A DNA stretch of 64,000 bases from Scyliorhinus canicula (taxonomy: Eukaryota), in assembly GCF_902713615.1 (NCBI RefSeq), contig NC_052173.1, positions 19,383,053 to 19,447,052 on the forward strand. The letters run 5' to 3'. Each line of letters begins with the position of its first letter. Position 1 is the stretch's first letter. The position numbers were made by a program, and so were the translations under genes. Under the pieces are notes generated by a model that saw only the letters and a program-made list of their open reading frames with translations, did no database searches and was not told where the DNA came from. Shown piece by piece: positions 23,818 to 36,240 of the stretch.

Positions 23818-26800
23818 GGACTTCCGGTTGCGGTGATGCGGAGCTAAGCCGCACGTTCGGTAGCTCCCGCTTTTTTCGGTCTTTTGGGCTCTTTTAAGGG
23901 CCCGTAGCGGTGCTGGTTGGAGTTTTCCCCGTGTGGGAACACATCCTCTAAGATTCTCCACCGGTGGATGGCCTGGACCAGGAGCGGAGCGGTCAGAAAA
24001 ATCAGCTTTGGAGCAGAGAAAGGTGCGAGGCAGGAAAGGCAAGATGGCGGCGGGCGGGGAATCAGCAACGTGGCAGCAGTGGGCGCGAGAGCAGCAGGAG
24101 CTGCTTCAGCGCTCCTTCAGGGAGCTGAAGGCAGAGATCCTGGAACCGCTTAAGGCCTCCCTGGACAAGCTCATGGCGACCCAGACGGCTCAGGGTGCGG
24201 AGATCCAAGAGCTTCGGCAAAAGGCCTCGGAGAGCAAGGACGAACTTCTGGGCCTGGCAGTGAAGGTGGAGTCGCACGAGGCGCTCCACAAGAAGTGGTC
24301 AGCGAGGATGGAGGAGATGGAGAACCGGGCCCGTTGGAAGAACCTGCGGATTCTAGGCCTCCCAGAGGGGCTGGAAGGTTCGGATTTGGGGGCCTATGTG
24401 ACTATGATGCTCAACTCGCTAATGGGCGCGGGATCGTTCCAGGGACCCTTGGAGCTGGAGGGTGCCCATCGGGTGCTGCTGAGGAAACCCAAGCCAAACG
24501 AGCCGCCTCAGGCTTTACTGGTCCGTTTTCACCGCTTCGTCGACCGTGAGTGTGTTCTGAGATGGGCGAAGGAGAGTAGTAAGTGGGAGAACGTGGAGAT
24601 CAGGATCTACCAGGACTGGAGTGCGGAGGTGGCAAAGAGAAGGGCTGGTTTTAATCGGACGAAGGCAGTGCTCCACAAGAAGGGGGTCAAGTTTGGCCTG
24701 TTACAGCCGGCACGCCTCTGGGTCACTTATAAGGACCACCAGCTTTACATTGACTCTCCGGACAAGGCCTGGGCTTTCGTCCAGGCAGAGAAGCTGGACT
24801 TGAACTGGGGGCTGGGGAACGGTGTACACAGCCTGGAGGCTTTGTCTTCCTTGGTATCCTTTCGCTTTTATCGGTTTTATTTGATGATGTCTTTTTGCTG
24901 TTCTGCTTTTTGGGACTGTTATCTGTTCATTTGGGGCTGGATGCAAAAAATCGGGGGGGTGGCGATCCTGGTGGGGAAGAGGGTGTCGTTTGAGGCGTCG
25001 AATGTGGTGGCAGACAGCGGGGGGAGGTATGTGATGGTAAGCGGCAAGCTGCAGGGGGAGCGGGTGGTGCTGGTCAATGTATATGCCCCGAATTGGGATG
25101 ATGCAGGTTTCATGCGGCGCATGTTGGGCCGCATTCCAGATTTGGAGGCGGGGGGCCTGATAATGGGGGGGGGGGGGGGGATTTCAACACGGTGCTGGAT
25201 CCGCCACTGGATCGATCCAGATCCAGGACGGGTAGACGACTAAGGTGTTGAGGGGGTTTATGGACCAGATGGGAGGGGTGGATCCTTGGAGGTTTGCGAG
25301 GCCGAGGGCCAGGGAATTTTCATACTTCTCCCATCTGCATAAGGCCTATTCCCGGATTGATTTTTTCATTGAGTAGTGCGCTGATTGTGAGGGTGGAGGA
25401 TGCTGAGTATTCGGCGATTGCCATTTCTGACCATGCCCTGCATTGGGTGGACCTCGAGCTGGGGGAGGAGAGAGACCAGTGCCCACTCTGGCGCTTGGAG
25501 GTGGGGCTGCTGGCAGATGAGGAGGTGGGCGGGTGGGTTCGAGGATGTATCGTGAGATACCTGGAGGCCAATGACAATGGGGAGGTTCGAGTGGGGACGG
25601 TCTGGGAGGCATTGAAGGCGGTGATTACGGGGGAGTTGATCTCCATTCGAGCCCACAGGGAGAGGGGAGAGCAAAGAGAGAGGGAGAGACTGGTGGGGGA
25701 GATGGTGAGGGTGGACAGGAGATACGCGGAGGCTTCGGAGGAGGGATTGCTGAGGGAGCGGCATAGTCTCCAGGCTGAGTTCGACTTGTTGACCACCAGA
25801 AAGGCGGAAGCTCAGTGGAGGAAGGCACAGGGAGCGGTGTATGAATATGGGGAGAAGGCGAGTAGGATGCTGGCACACCAGCTCCGTAAGCGGGACGCGG
25901 CCAGGGAGATTGATGGAGTTAAGGATCGGGGAGGAAATGTGGTGCGAAGGCGGGTAGACATCAATGGGGTCTTCAGGGACTTTTATGAGGAACTGTATCG
26001 GTCCGAACCCCCCAGCGGAGGAGGGGGGATGGGGCGCTTTTTGGACCGGCTGAGATTCCCAAGGGTGGAGGAGGGACAGGTGGAGGGACTGGGGGCGCCG
26101 GTTGAGCTGGAGGAGCTGGTCAAAGGGATAGGGAGCATGCAGTCGGGGAAGGTGCCGGGGCCGGATAGGTTCCCGGTCGAATTCTATAAGATGTATGCAG
26201 ACCTGTTGGGCCCCCTGTTGGTTAGGACCTTCAACGAGGCAAGGGAAGGGGGGGCTCTGCCTCCGACGATGTCTCGGGTGCTGATTTCCTTGATCCTTAA
26301 GCGGGACAAGGATCCCCTGCAGTGTGGGTCATACAGGCCGATCTCACACTTAAATGTAGACGCCAAGCTGTTGCCGAAGATTTTAGCCATGAGGATAGAG
26401 GACTGTGTGCCACAGGTTATCCACGAGGATCAAACGGGGTTCGTGAAGGGGAGGCAGCTGAACACTAACATACAGAGGCTCTTGAATGTTATAATGATGC
26501 CGGCGGTAGAAGGGGAGGCGGAGATAGTGGTGGCGTTGGACACGGAGAAGGCCTTTGATAGGGTTGAGTGGGGGTATCTGTGGGAGGTGCTGGAAAGGTT
26601 TGGGGAGGGGTTTGTCAGGTGGGCGAGGCTGTTATATGAGGCCCCGATGGCGAGTGTGGCCACGAATAGGAGGAGGTCGGAGTATTTTTGGTTATACCGA
26701 GGGTCAAGCCAGGGGTGTCCCTTGTCCCTCCCCTGCTTTTTGTGCTGGCAATTGAACCCCTGGCCATGGCGCTGAGGGAGTCGAGGAACTGGAGGGGGCT

Positions 26801-28640
26801 GGTGCGGTGTGGGGAGGAACACCGAGTGTCGCTCTATGCGGATGCTTATTTGGGGATTTCTCAGGGTACAAGCTCAACTTGGGGAAGAGCGAGCTGTTCG
26901 TTGTACACCTGGGGTACCAGGAGGGGGGGATTGGGAGGCTCCCACTAAAAAGGGTGGAGAGGAGCTTCAGGTACTTGGGGGTCCAGGTGGCCAGGAGCTG
27001 GGGGGCCTTGCATAAGCTTAACCTCACAAGGCTGGTGGAGCAAATGGAGGAGGAGTTCAAGAGATGGGACATGTTGCCGCTGTCTCTGGCGGGTAGGGTG
27101 CAGTCAGTCAAGATGACGGTGCTCCCGAGATTTCTGTTCCTGTTCCAGTGCCTCCCCATCCTTATCCCGAAGGCCTTTTTCAGGGGGGTTAACAGGAGCA
27201 TTACGGGGTTTGTGTGGGCGCACGGGACCCCAAGGGTGAGAAGGGTGTTCTTGGAGCGGGGCATGGATGGGGTGGTTGGCGCTGCCCAACCTCTGTGGGT
27301 ATTATTGGGCTGCCAACGCAGCGATGGTGCGTAAGTGGGTAATGGACGGGGAGGGGGCGGCATGGAAGAGGATGGAGATGGCATCCTGTGTGGGCACGAG
27401 CCTGGAAGCGCTGGTAACGGCGCCGCTGCCGCTCCCTCCAACGAGGTATACCACGAGCCCAGTGGTGGCAGCTACCCTCAAAATTTGGGGGCAATGGTGA
27501 CGGCACAGGGGGGAAGGTGGGGGCCTCGATGGGGTCCCCGATACGGGGGAACCACCGGTTTGTCCTGGGGAGAATTGATGGCGGGTTCCTGAGTTGGCAC
27601 AGGGCAGGTGTCAGGAGGTTGAGGGACCTGTTTGTAGACGGGAAGTTTGCGAGCCTGGGTGTGCTGGAAGGGAAGTTCAGGCTCCCCCCGGGGAACACCT
27701 TTAGGTACATGCAAGTAAGGGTGTTTGTCAGGCGGCAGGTGGCGGAGTTCCCTCTGTTGCCGCCGCGTGGGGTTCAGAACAGGGTGCTCTCGGGGGTGTG
27801 GGTTGGAGAGGGGAGGATCTCGGCAACGTACCAAGTGATGCAGGAGGTAGACGAGGCCTCGGTGGAGGAGCTGAAGGGTAAATGGGAGGAGGAGCTGGGT
27901 GAGGAGATTGAGGAGGGGATGCGGGCGGATGCCCTAGGAAGGGTGAACTCCTCCTCCTCTTGTGCGAGGCTTAGCCTCATACAGTTTAAGGTGCTGCATA
28001 GGGCTCATATGACCGGACAAGGATGAGTCGGTTCTTCGGGAGTGAGGACAGGTGTATTAGGTGCTCGGGGAGCCCAGCAAACCATGTCCACATGTTCTGG
28101 GCATGCCCAGCGCTGGGGGAATTTTGGAAGGGTGTAGCAAGGACGGTATCGAGGGTGGTAGGATCCAGGGTCAAACTGGGCTGGGGGCTCGCAATATTTG
28201 GGGTTGCAGAGGAGCCGGGAGTGCAGGAGGCGAAAGAGGCCGGTGTTCTGGCCTTTGCGTCCTTGGTAGCCCGGCGGAGGATTCTTCTTCAGTGGAAGGA
28301 TGCGAGGCCCCCAAGCGTGGAGGCCTGGGTCAACGATACGGCGGGGTTTATTAAATTGGAGAGGGTGAAATTTGCCCTAAGGGGGTCAGTGCAGAGGTTT
28401 TTCAGGAGATGGCAACCATTCCTAGATTTCCTGGCAGAACGGTAGAAAAAGGCCGGGGTGGGGGGGTCGTCTCTTTGTTTTGGGCTGAAGGAACGTGTAT
28501 ATTTGTTCTTTGCTAAGGACGGGCGTTAATTTATTTCTTCTTTTTTGTATATACGGGGGGGTTGTTCTTTCTGTTCTTAGTATTTTCTGTTATTGATATT
28601 TTGTGAAAATTTGAATAAAATTTATTTTTAAAAATACAAA
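23818..28640 (+). mobile_element. Near full-length L1/Tx1-clade LINE in sense orientation inside a KMT2D intron (5' UTR, ORF1 from ATG 24044, disrupted ORF2 to 28445, 3' UTR with AATAAA)
   Basis: L1 ORF1 motifs 'ENRARWKNLRILGLPEG', 'AHRVL', 'IYQDWS', 'PARLWV'. ORF2 EN 'NVYAPN', 'SDHA', RT 'QTGFVKGR', 'LYAD', Cys-rich C-terminus. Inserted next to a V-SINE tail (23655-23815). Confidence 0.92.
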
Positions 28641-28671
28641 TAAATTTAATTTTAAAAATATATTTTAAAAA

Positions 28672-29010
28672 TATGATTCCAGGGTGAGGAACTTCAGTTA
28701 TGAGGATAGATTGAAGAGTTTGGGACTGTTTTTCTTGGAGAAGTGATGGTTGAGAGGAGATTTGATAGAGATGTTCAACATCATGAGGGGGCTGGACAGA
28801 GTAGATAGGAGCGGGGAAGGTCCCCACAAGAACGCGAGGGCCCAGATTTGAAGCAATTGGCGAAATAAGCGAATGTGATAGAGGGGAAATTTGGTCACAC
28901 AGCGAGTGATGAAGATCTGGAATGCACTGCCTGAGAGAGAGGTGGAGGTAGGTTCGATCGAAGCATTCAAAGGGGAATTAGACTGTGGGCTGAAAAGGGA
29001 GAATGTGCAG
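28672..29010 (+). mobile_element. CR1 3' fragment, followed by a V-SINE tail fragment to ~29060
   Basis: 'YEDRLKSLGLF' and 'IWNALPE' CR1 motifs. Confidence 0.7.
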
Positions 29011-29130
29011 GGTAGGTGGATTGGCCATGCTAAATTGCCCTTTAATTAGATTTTTTTTTAAATGAAATAACGCCCCAGCGTTCTCTCTGCTCCCTTGGTT
29101 CTCCCTCTCCTCTCCCTGCTCCCTCTGGAC

Positions 29131-31020
29131 CTTTTATCGGCCCTGCGGCGCCTGACCTTACGCAGGTCGGGTTCTTTGTCGGCCCCGCGGTGCCTGGCCT
29201 TGTGCAGGTCGGGTTCTTTGTAGGCCCTGCGGCGCCTGACCTTACGCAGGTCGGGTTCTTTGTAGGCCCCGCGGTGCCTGGCCTTACGCAGGTCGGGTTC
29301 TTTGTAGCCCCCGCAGTGCCTGGCGTTGTGCAGGTCGGGTTCTTTGTAGGCCCCGCGGTGCCTGGCCTTACGCAGGTCGGGTTCTTTGTAGGCCCCGCGG
29401 TGCCTGGCCTTGTGCAGGTCGGGTTCTTTGTAGGCCCCGCGGTGCCTGGCCTTGTGCAGGTCGGGTTCTTTGTAGGCCCCGCGGTGCCTGGCCTTACGCA
29501 GGTTGGGTTCTTTGTAGGCCCCGCGGTGCCTGGCCTTACGCAGATCGGGTTCTTTGTAGGCCCCGCGGTGCCTGGCCTTACGCAGGTCGGGTTCTTTGTA
29601 GGCCCCGCGGTGCCTGGCCTTACGCAGGTCGGGTTCTTTGTAGGCCCCGCGGTGCCTGGCCTTACGCAGGTCGGGTTCTTTGTAGGCCCCGCGGTGCCTG
29701 GCCTTACGCAGGTCGGGTTCTTTGTCGGCCCCGCGGTGCCTGGCCTTACGCAGGTCGGGTTCTTTGTAGGCCCCGCGGTGCCTGGCCTTACGCAGGTCGG
29801 GTTCTTTGTAGGCCCCGCGGTGCCTGGCCTTACGCAGGTCGGGTTCTTTGTAGGCCCCGCGGTGCCTGGCCTTGTGCAGGTCGGGTTCTTTGCAGGCCCC
29901 GCGGTGCCTGGCCTTGTGCAGGTCGGGTTCTTTGTAGGCCCCGCGGTGCCTGGCCTTACGCAGGTCGGGTTCTTTGTAGGCCCCGCGGTGCCTGGCCTTG
30001 TGCAGGTCGGGTTCTTTGTAGGCCCCGCGGTGCCTGGCCTTACGCAGATCGGGTTCTTTGTAGGCCCCGCGGTGCCTGGCCTTACGCAGGTCGGATTCTT
30101 TGTAGGCCCCGCGGTGCCTGGCCTTGTGCAGGTTGGGTTCTTTGTAGGCCCCGCGGTGCCTGACCTTTCGCAGGTCGGGTTCTTTGTCGGCCCCGGGGTG
30201 CCTGGCCTTGTGCAGGTCGGGTTCTTTGTCGGCCCCGCAGTGCCTGACCTTTCGCAGGTCGGGTTCTTTGTAGGCCCCGCGGTGCCTGGCCTTACGCAGG
30301 TCGGGTTCTTTGTCGGCCCCGGGGTGCCTGGCCTTGTGCAGGTCGGGTTCTTTGTAGGCCCCGCGGTGCCTGGCCTTGTGCAGGTCGGGTTCTTTGTAGG
30401 CCCCGCGGTGCCTGACCTTACGCAGGTCGGGTTCTTTGTAGGCCCCGCGGTGCCTGGCCTTACGCAGGTCGGGTTCTTTGTAGGCCCCGCGGTGCCTGGC
30501 CTTACGCAGGTCGGGTTCTTTGTAGGCCCCGCGGTGCCTGGCCTTACGCAGATCGGGTTCTTTGTAGGCCCCGCGGTGCCTGGCCTTACGCAGGTCGGGT
30601 TCTTTGTAGGCCCCGCGGTGCCTGGCCTTACGCAGGTCGGGTTCTTTGTAGGCCCCGCGGTGCCTGACCTTACGCAGGTCGGGTTCTTTGTAGGCCCCGC
30701 GGTGCCTGGCCTTACGCAGGTTGGGTTCTTTGTAGGCCCCGCGGTGCCTGGCCTTACGCAGATCGGGTTCTTTGTAGGCCCCGCGGTGCCTGGCCTTACG
30801 CAGGTCGGATTCTTTGTCGGCCCCGGGTGCCTGGCCTTGCGCAGGTCGGGTTCTTTGTCGGCCCCGGGTGCCTGGCCTTACGCAGGTCGGGTTCTTTGTA
30901 GGCCCCGCGGTGCCTGGCCTTACGCAGGTCGGGTTCTTTGTAGCCCCCGCGGTGCCTGGCCTTACGCAGATCGGGTTCTTTGTAGGCCCCGCGGTGCCTG
31001 GCCTTGCGCAGTTCGGGTTC
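29131..31020. repeat. 42-bp GC/CpG-rich minisatellite, ~45 copies (consensus cgcaggtcgggttctttgtaggccccgcggtgcctggcctta)
   Basis: Tandem array visible directly; 14-aa periodicity in the ORF track on both strands. Confidence 0.97.
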
Positions 31021-31919
31021 CCGGTGCTCTCACTGCTCCCTCTCCTCTCCCTGTTCCCTCTGGGCCTTTTGTAGGGTCCGGTGCTGTCTGGCCTTGCGCA
31101 GATCAAGTACTCAGCACTCTGACTCCTCTCGTTTCTTTTGTAGGCCCTGTGCTGTTTGGCCTAGCCCAGGTCGGGTCCTCGGTGCCCTCGCTGCTCTCTC
31201 AGCACTCCAGCACTCCCCACACATGGAGCAGCTGAGTGGTCTCTTGCACAATCTCATTTTAAATGGAACAGAATGCTTGACCAATGGAAGATGATGTGTT
31301 CCTTCATGGTTTCAAGCTCCTAATGGCAGTGTGTTTCAGAGTGGTCCCCTGGGATGTAGACAGCCTAAATGTAGTTAAACATTATTCAAAACATGATCAT
31401 ATCAAGGGCTTAACCATTCTTTGTATTTCCTCCCCAATTAGCCATTGGGAACCTTCAACAGCCTGGCAGAAAATCAGAAAGAAACTCATTCAGTCAAGAC
31501 AAATAGATTTTGTGACCCTGGAACTCTTACTTGTGACTTTGTAGACAACTTGGTGATGCATTATGTGGATGATGTATTCTGTGACATTGTTAGCATAACA
31601 GAACCCGTCATTTCTCAATACGTTGTGATACTGATGTCTCAAGTCACCTAGGTGATCCCAAATACAGACACGTGCTTCTCTGCAAGTCGCTATGTTCTGT
31701 TCATACACCTCCAAGTGACTCGATTAAGAGCAACCTTAGCAGTGGCTTAGGAAGTCGATAGTTGCTTATTCTCCAGATCAGTGGCAGTGGGAGAAAATAA
31801 CTTTGTTTTGTAAGGGAAAGGATGGAGAGATGCATAATCTTTGTGTTTGATATTTAGCAATTTCAAGACTTCAGCTGTGGAGGCCCAAGTTATGTTTTCC
31901 ATTTATTCTCCTCTCTCAG

Positions 31920-32056
31920 GTGTTTGGAATAGAATTCTTGAACCAATTGTGCGACTGCGGAAAGAAGCAGACATGTTACGACTTTTTCCCGACTATATTA
32001 AAGGAGAGGACATGTTTGGACTGACTATCCATGCTGTCCTAAGGATCGCAGAGTCG
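31920..32056 (+). CDS. KMT2D: KMT2D exon, FYRC domain (GVWNRILEP...FGLTIHAVLRIAES)
   Basis: ctctcag acceptor, TCG|gtaagt donor, phase 1/0. RKEADMLRLFP is KMT2D-type. Confidence 0.95.
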
Positions 32057-32634
32057 GTAAGTAAAACAGGATATAGGCTCTGAATACCAAAATACCTGCA
32101 AAACTAAATTGACCGATTCCCAGTTTTAAAATTCGACATGTTTAACCTGTAACTATATGCAAGACTATTTAAATTCGGAAATGTTTTGATGATGGGCTGT
32201 ACAGTTAACCTCCCTCCACTTGGAAGACTACTAAACATAACAGGAAAGGATCAGGAGTGAGGAGAATAGACTATATAAACCTGCAAGCAAAGGTGGTCAA
32301 TAAACAGCAGGATATATCGATTATATGATTAAAAGAGTGATTCATCTCAACATACTACCAGCAATAACTTGCACAGTATTGATGTAGCATCTTTTAAAGT
32401 GATAAGATGTTCCAAGTCGCTTCATGGGAGCATTGTAAAAACAAGATATAGCACTGAGCTCGCGCAAGGCGATATTAGGTCAGATGGCCAAAAGCTTGAT
32501 CAAAGAGGTAGGTTTTAAATAGTGTCTTAAGGGAGGAAAGTGAAAGACATTTCAGTACTTGGGACTAAGGTAACGGAAAGCACGGCTTCCAAAAGTGGAA
32601 TGATTAAAACCAGGGATGTTCAGAAGTTCAGGAT

Positions 32635-32978
32635 TATCATAGAATTTACAGTGCAGAAGGAGGCCATTCGGCCCATTGAGTCTGCACCGGCTCTTGGAAA
32701 GAGCACCCCACCCAAGGTTAACACCTCCACCCTATCCCCATAACCCAGTAACCCCACCCAACACTAAGGGCAATTTTGGACACCAAGGGAAATTTAGCAT
32801 GGCCAATCCACCTCACCTGCACATCTTTGGACTGTGGGAGGAAACCGGTGCACCCGGACGAAACCCACACACACACGGGGAGGATGTGCAGACTCCGCAC
32901 AGACAGTGACCCAAGCTGGAATCGAACCTGGGACCCTGGAGCTGTGAAGCAATTGTGCTATCCACAATGCTACCGTGC
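32635..32978 (-). mobile_element. V-domain SINE, HE1-like CR1-tail type
   Basis: Complete head, V core and catagaatttacagtgcagaaggaggcc tail (minus strand). Confidence 0.88.
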
Positions 32979-33266
32979 ACGATTAGATGCACGCAGATAT
33001 CTTACAGGGTTGTGGGACTGGAGGAGAATACAGACATAGTTTACAGAGAGTAGAATGTGGGCAATCAGATGACAATTGTGGTATCAAGAATTATAGTGGA
33101 TCAATAGAGCTGGATTTTGAAATGTGCTACCTGCAAAAAGTAAGTCATTTAATTATGAAAAAAATTGGGCATTCTTCCAATCTTTTTTGGGATATTTTAC
33201 CCCTTTTTTTTGTTGAAATAGTTTCCTTAAAAATGATTCTGTGAATTAATCTTGTTTTCTCTCCAG

Positions 33267-33397
33267 TTGCCAGGTGTGGAGAGTTGTCAGAACTACATAT
33301 TCAGGTATGGTCGCCATCCGCTTATGGAGCTCCCTCTAGCTGTTAATCCAACAGGCTGTGCCCGTTCTGAACCGAAAATAATGACTCACTACAAACG
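33267..33397 (+). CDS. KMT2D: KMT2D exon, end of FYRC and WIN (WDR5-interacting, GCARSE) motif
   Basis: ctccag acceptor, CG|gtaggt donor, phase 0/2. Reads LPGVESCQNYIFRYGRHPLMELPLAVNPTGCARSEPKIMTHYKR. Confidence 0.95.
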
Positions 33398-34393
33398 GTA
33401 GGTCCAGGAAAAATACAACTGACTTGCTAATGATGAGGATAATTTAATAAAATTCCTTTTTTTTTAAAGAACAGTTATAATGCAGTGATCCCTGTTTAAA
33501 AAAAATTAAACTATGAATTTATATTCAAATATGAAGGCAGTAATGTCATGCAGTTTGTGGAATAAATGCATGCGATATTTTGATCCCCACTGAAGAGCAC
33601 TGACTTCATTAGAGAACGCTGAAGTTTAAAATAGTTTTTTTCAATAAAAGTGAATGTTATATTTCTTCCTCTCATCCTGTTGCAATCCTCAGTGCCTTTA
33701 GCTGCTAGGCTACTTCCTTGACTTGGGAGGACGGAGCGGTTTGGGCCACGCCTGCTATTCATGTTTGCCTAACAGGAGTATGCAATATGGCTCAACACTA
33801 GCCTTGACACTTATTTTTGCCTCATTGTACACATTAGCGTCCCAGAGCGTGGGACAATACTACATCTTATTTTGCACGTGTGGAGAAATGTTCAGCGCTA
33901 GTTGGCAAGTTCAAAAAGCCAAGGCTAAATGTTGAACATTCTAGTAGTGAATCCAATGTTCTGCTGCTCCAAAAAGTTACTGGGTGGGTCACAAAAGCCT
34001 AATGTAAAAACTGAGTAATGCGATACAACTTTATTTTTCTTTTTTTTATATTTTTCTTTTTTTAATATAAATTTAGAGTACGCAATTCTTTTTTTCCCCA
34101 ATTAAGGGGCAGTTTAGCGTGGCCAATCCACCTACCCTGGGTTGTGAGGGGTGAGAACTTTATTTTGCAATTTATTATCTTGTAATACTTCGCACAGGCC
34201 AGTATGTAAAAAGCACTAATATCTCAAATATGTTTTTTGTCTTTCGAGTGGACAATCCCTTTTGGGACCTGAAGACTTTGGTTCAGGAGAGCCTTACCTT
34301 TTTGAAAGGAAAAGAGCAAATATAATGTGAAGTATTATAGATTTCAAATTGGCCAAGTATAAATGTTATTTTTTTCCCTACATACTTTAACAG

Positions 34394-34562
34394 GCCACAC
34401 ACCTTGAACAGTACCAGCACATCAAAGGCATTTCAGAGTACAGTAACTGGAGAAATTAACACTCCCTACAGCAAGCAATTTGTCCACTCCAAATCCTCTC
34501 AGTACCGCCGACTGAAAACTGAGTGGAAAAATAATGTTTACCTGGCTCGGTCACGAATACAG
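34394..34562 (+). CDS. KMT2D: KMT2D exon, pre-SET region and SET start (PHTLNST...HSKSSQYRRLKTEWKNNVYLARSRIQ)
   Basis: aacag acceptor, CAG|gtgagt donor, phase 2/0. Confidence 0.96.
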
Positions 34563-35119
34563 GTGAGTCAGTCTCGGCAAGATGGGAAATACCACCAATT
34601 AAACAGATTGTGTACTCTGAAATCAAATAATGTTCTCATTTGTTTAGTATGTATATTCCTCCATGGTGGATGGAGGGGAAAAAATTAACTGAAAATCCAA
34701 TTTCCTAGGGATACCATCTCAAGATACTCGAACCTTTGCATAACCACCGTTTAGTAATATAATAATCACTTACTATATTTATATGCAGGTTTTATTTATG
34801 ATCACATTCTTGGATGGTTTCTCTGCTGCTATTGATACCAATCTTCATTGCGAAGATTGCAATATGCGAAGGGAAAACTTGTCTGTAAGATATGTGTTTC
34901 ACAGTACACACTGCCTTTTAGTAGTACGGAGATAGATTTCGCACAGAATCACAGAATAATAAAGCACAGAAGAGGCCCTTCGGCCCATCGAGTTTGCACC
35001 AATGCGTGCTAAACACCTGACCTACCTACCTATCCCATTTGCCAGCACATGGCACACAGCCTTTAATGTTATGAAGTGCCAAGTGCTCATCCAGGTACTT
35101 TTTAAAGGATGTGAGGCAA

Positions 35120-35288
35120 CCCGCCTCTACCCCCCTCCCAGGCAGCGCGTTCCAGACCGTCCCCCGCCTCTACCACCCTCCCAGGCAGGGCATTCCAGAC
35201 CGTCCCCCGCCCCTACCACCCTCCCAGGCAGCGCGTTCCAGACCGTCCCCCGCCTCTACCACCCTCCCAGGCAGTGCATTCCAGACCG
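35120..35288. repeat. 4 x 43-bp tandem repeat at the truncated end of a minus-strand CR1 3' fragment (~34945-35290)
   Basis: Unit gcctctaccaccctcccaggcagcgcgttccagaccgtccccc starts at 35123, 35166, 35209 and 35252. Confidence 0.9.
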
Positions 35289-35324
35289 ATTTCAACAACC
35301 TTTTAGCATTGGACATTGCCAGTG

Positions 35325-35530
35325 TTTTTTTTTACAAATTTAGAGTACCCAATTCATTTTTTCCAATTAAGGGGCAATTTAGCATGGCCAATCCACCTAC
35401 CCTGCACATCTTTGGGTTGTGGGGGTGAGACCCACGCAAACACGGGGAGAATGTGCAAACTCCCCACGGACAGTGACCCAGAGCTGGGACCTTGGTGCCG
35501 TGAGAATACAAGGCTAACACACTGCGCCAG
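35325..35530 (-). mobile_element. V-domain SINE, short-tail type
   Basis: V core; flanking near-repeats catt(g/a)ccagtgtt. Confidence 0.85.
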
Positions 35531-36240
35531 GCATTACCAGTGTTGCTATTTCAATCAGTAATGTGCCTCAATATTTTTGGTGCCTTAATCCTGGCTCATC
35601 TAGGCCCATCTTTGGTGTATTAATTCCAACTGAGGTGGCCTCCTGGAATCAAGAGGAATATAGTTATGAATTCTTCTGCACAGCCAATAACCATAACTCC
35701 TGTTTGCATTTTCTTTTAATATCCTCTTACCTCCAGAGGTTTAAAACCTGCTCCAAATTCAGCAAATGGGCCCTTTGTCTGCTTTACTGAGAGACTGACG
35801 AGTATGTCTAATCTCAGTTCTTTTAAGTGATTTTCCCACCGTTAAAGCTCAAAACATCTAAAGCAATTGGGGTAAATGGAGAATGCTTTCAAGAGTGATC
35901 CCAATGTAAAGGAGCTCCTGGAGCCAGCATTCCTTGCTGGTTGATTTGGCTAGACCGAAGGTGAATTTGCTGCCCTGTGACCTGCCTACTTACCTCCTCC
36001 AGCACTAATTTTATAATTTGGAATTTGCCTTCTCTGTGGTGCCTATGGACACCAGAGTATCAGTTTAAAATTGAATGTAGTTGTCTTAAGTAAACTGCAA
36101 GGATAGCAATCCTTTGCCTCTGGAGTAGTTCTGTTACATAAAAATGGACTTAAAAACAAGACCAAACAATTACCTTAAATTGACTAGAACCAGTTTAATG
36201 TGGAATGTTTAAGCTCAAGTTGTTTTCAGAGAGGCATCTT

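Noticed and set aside
29058-31235. 681-aa and 682-aa ORFs as real protein-coding genes, or the array as a CRISPR locus
   Set aside because: The unit length is a multiple of 3 with four stop-free frames, so long ORFs are expected. There are no unique spacers or cas genes, and the context is a eukaryotic intron.
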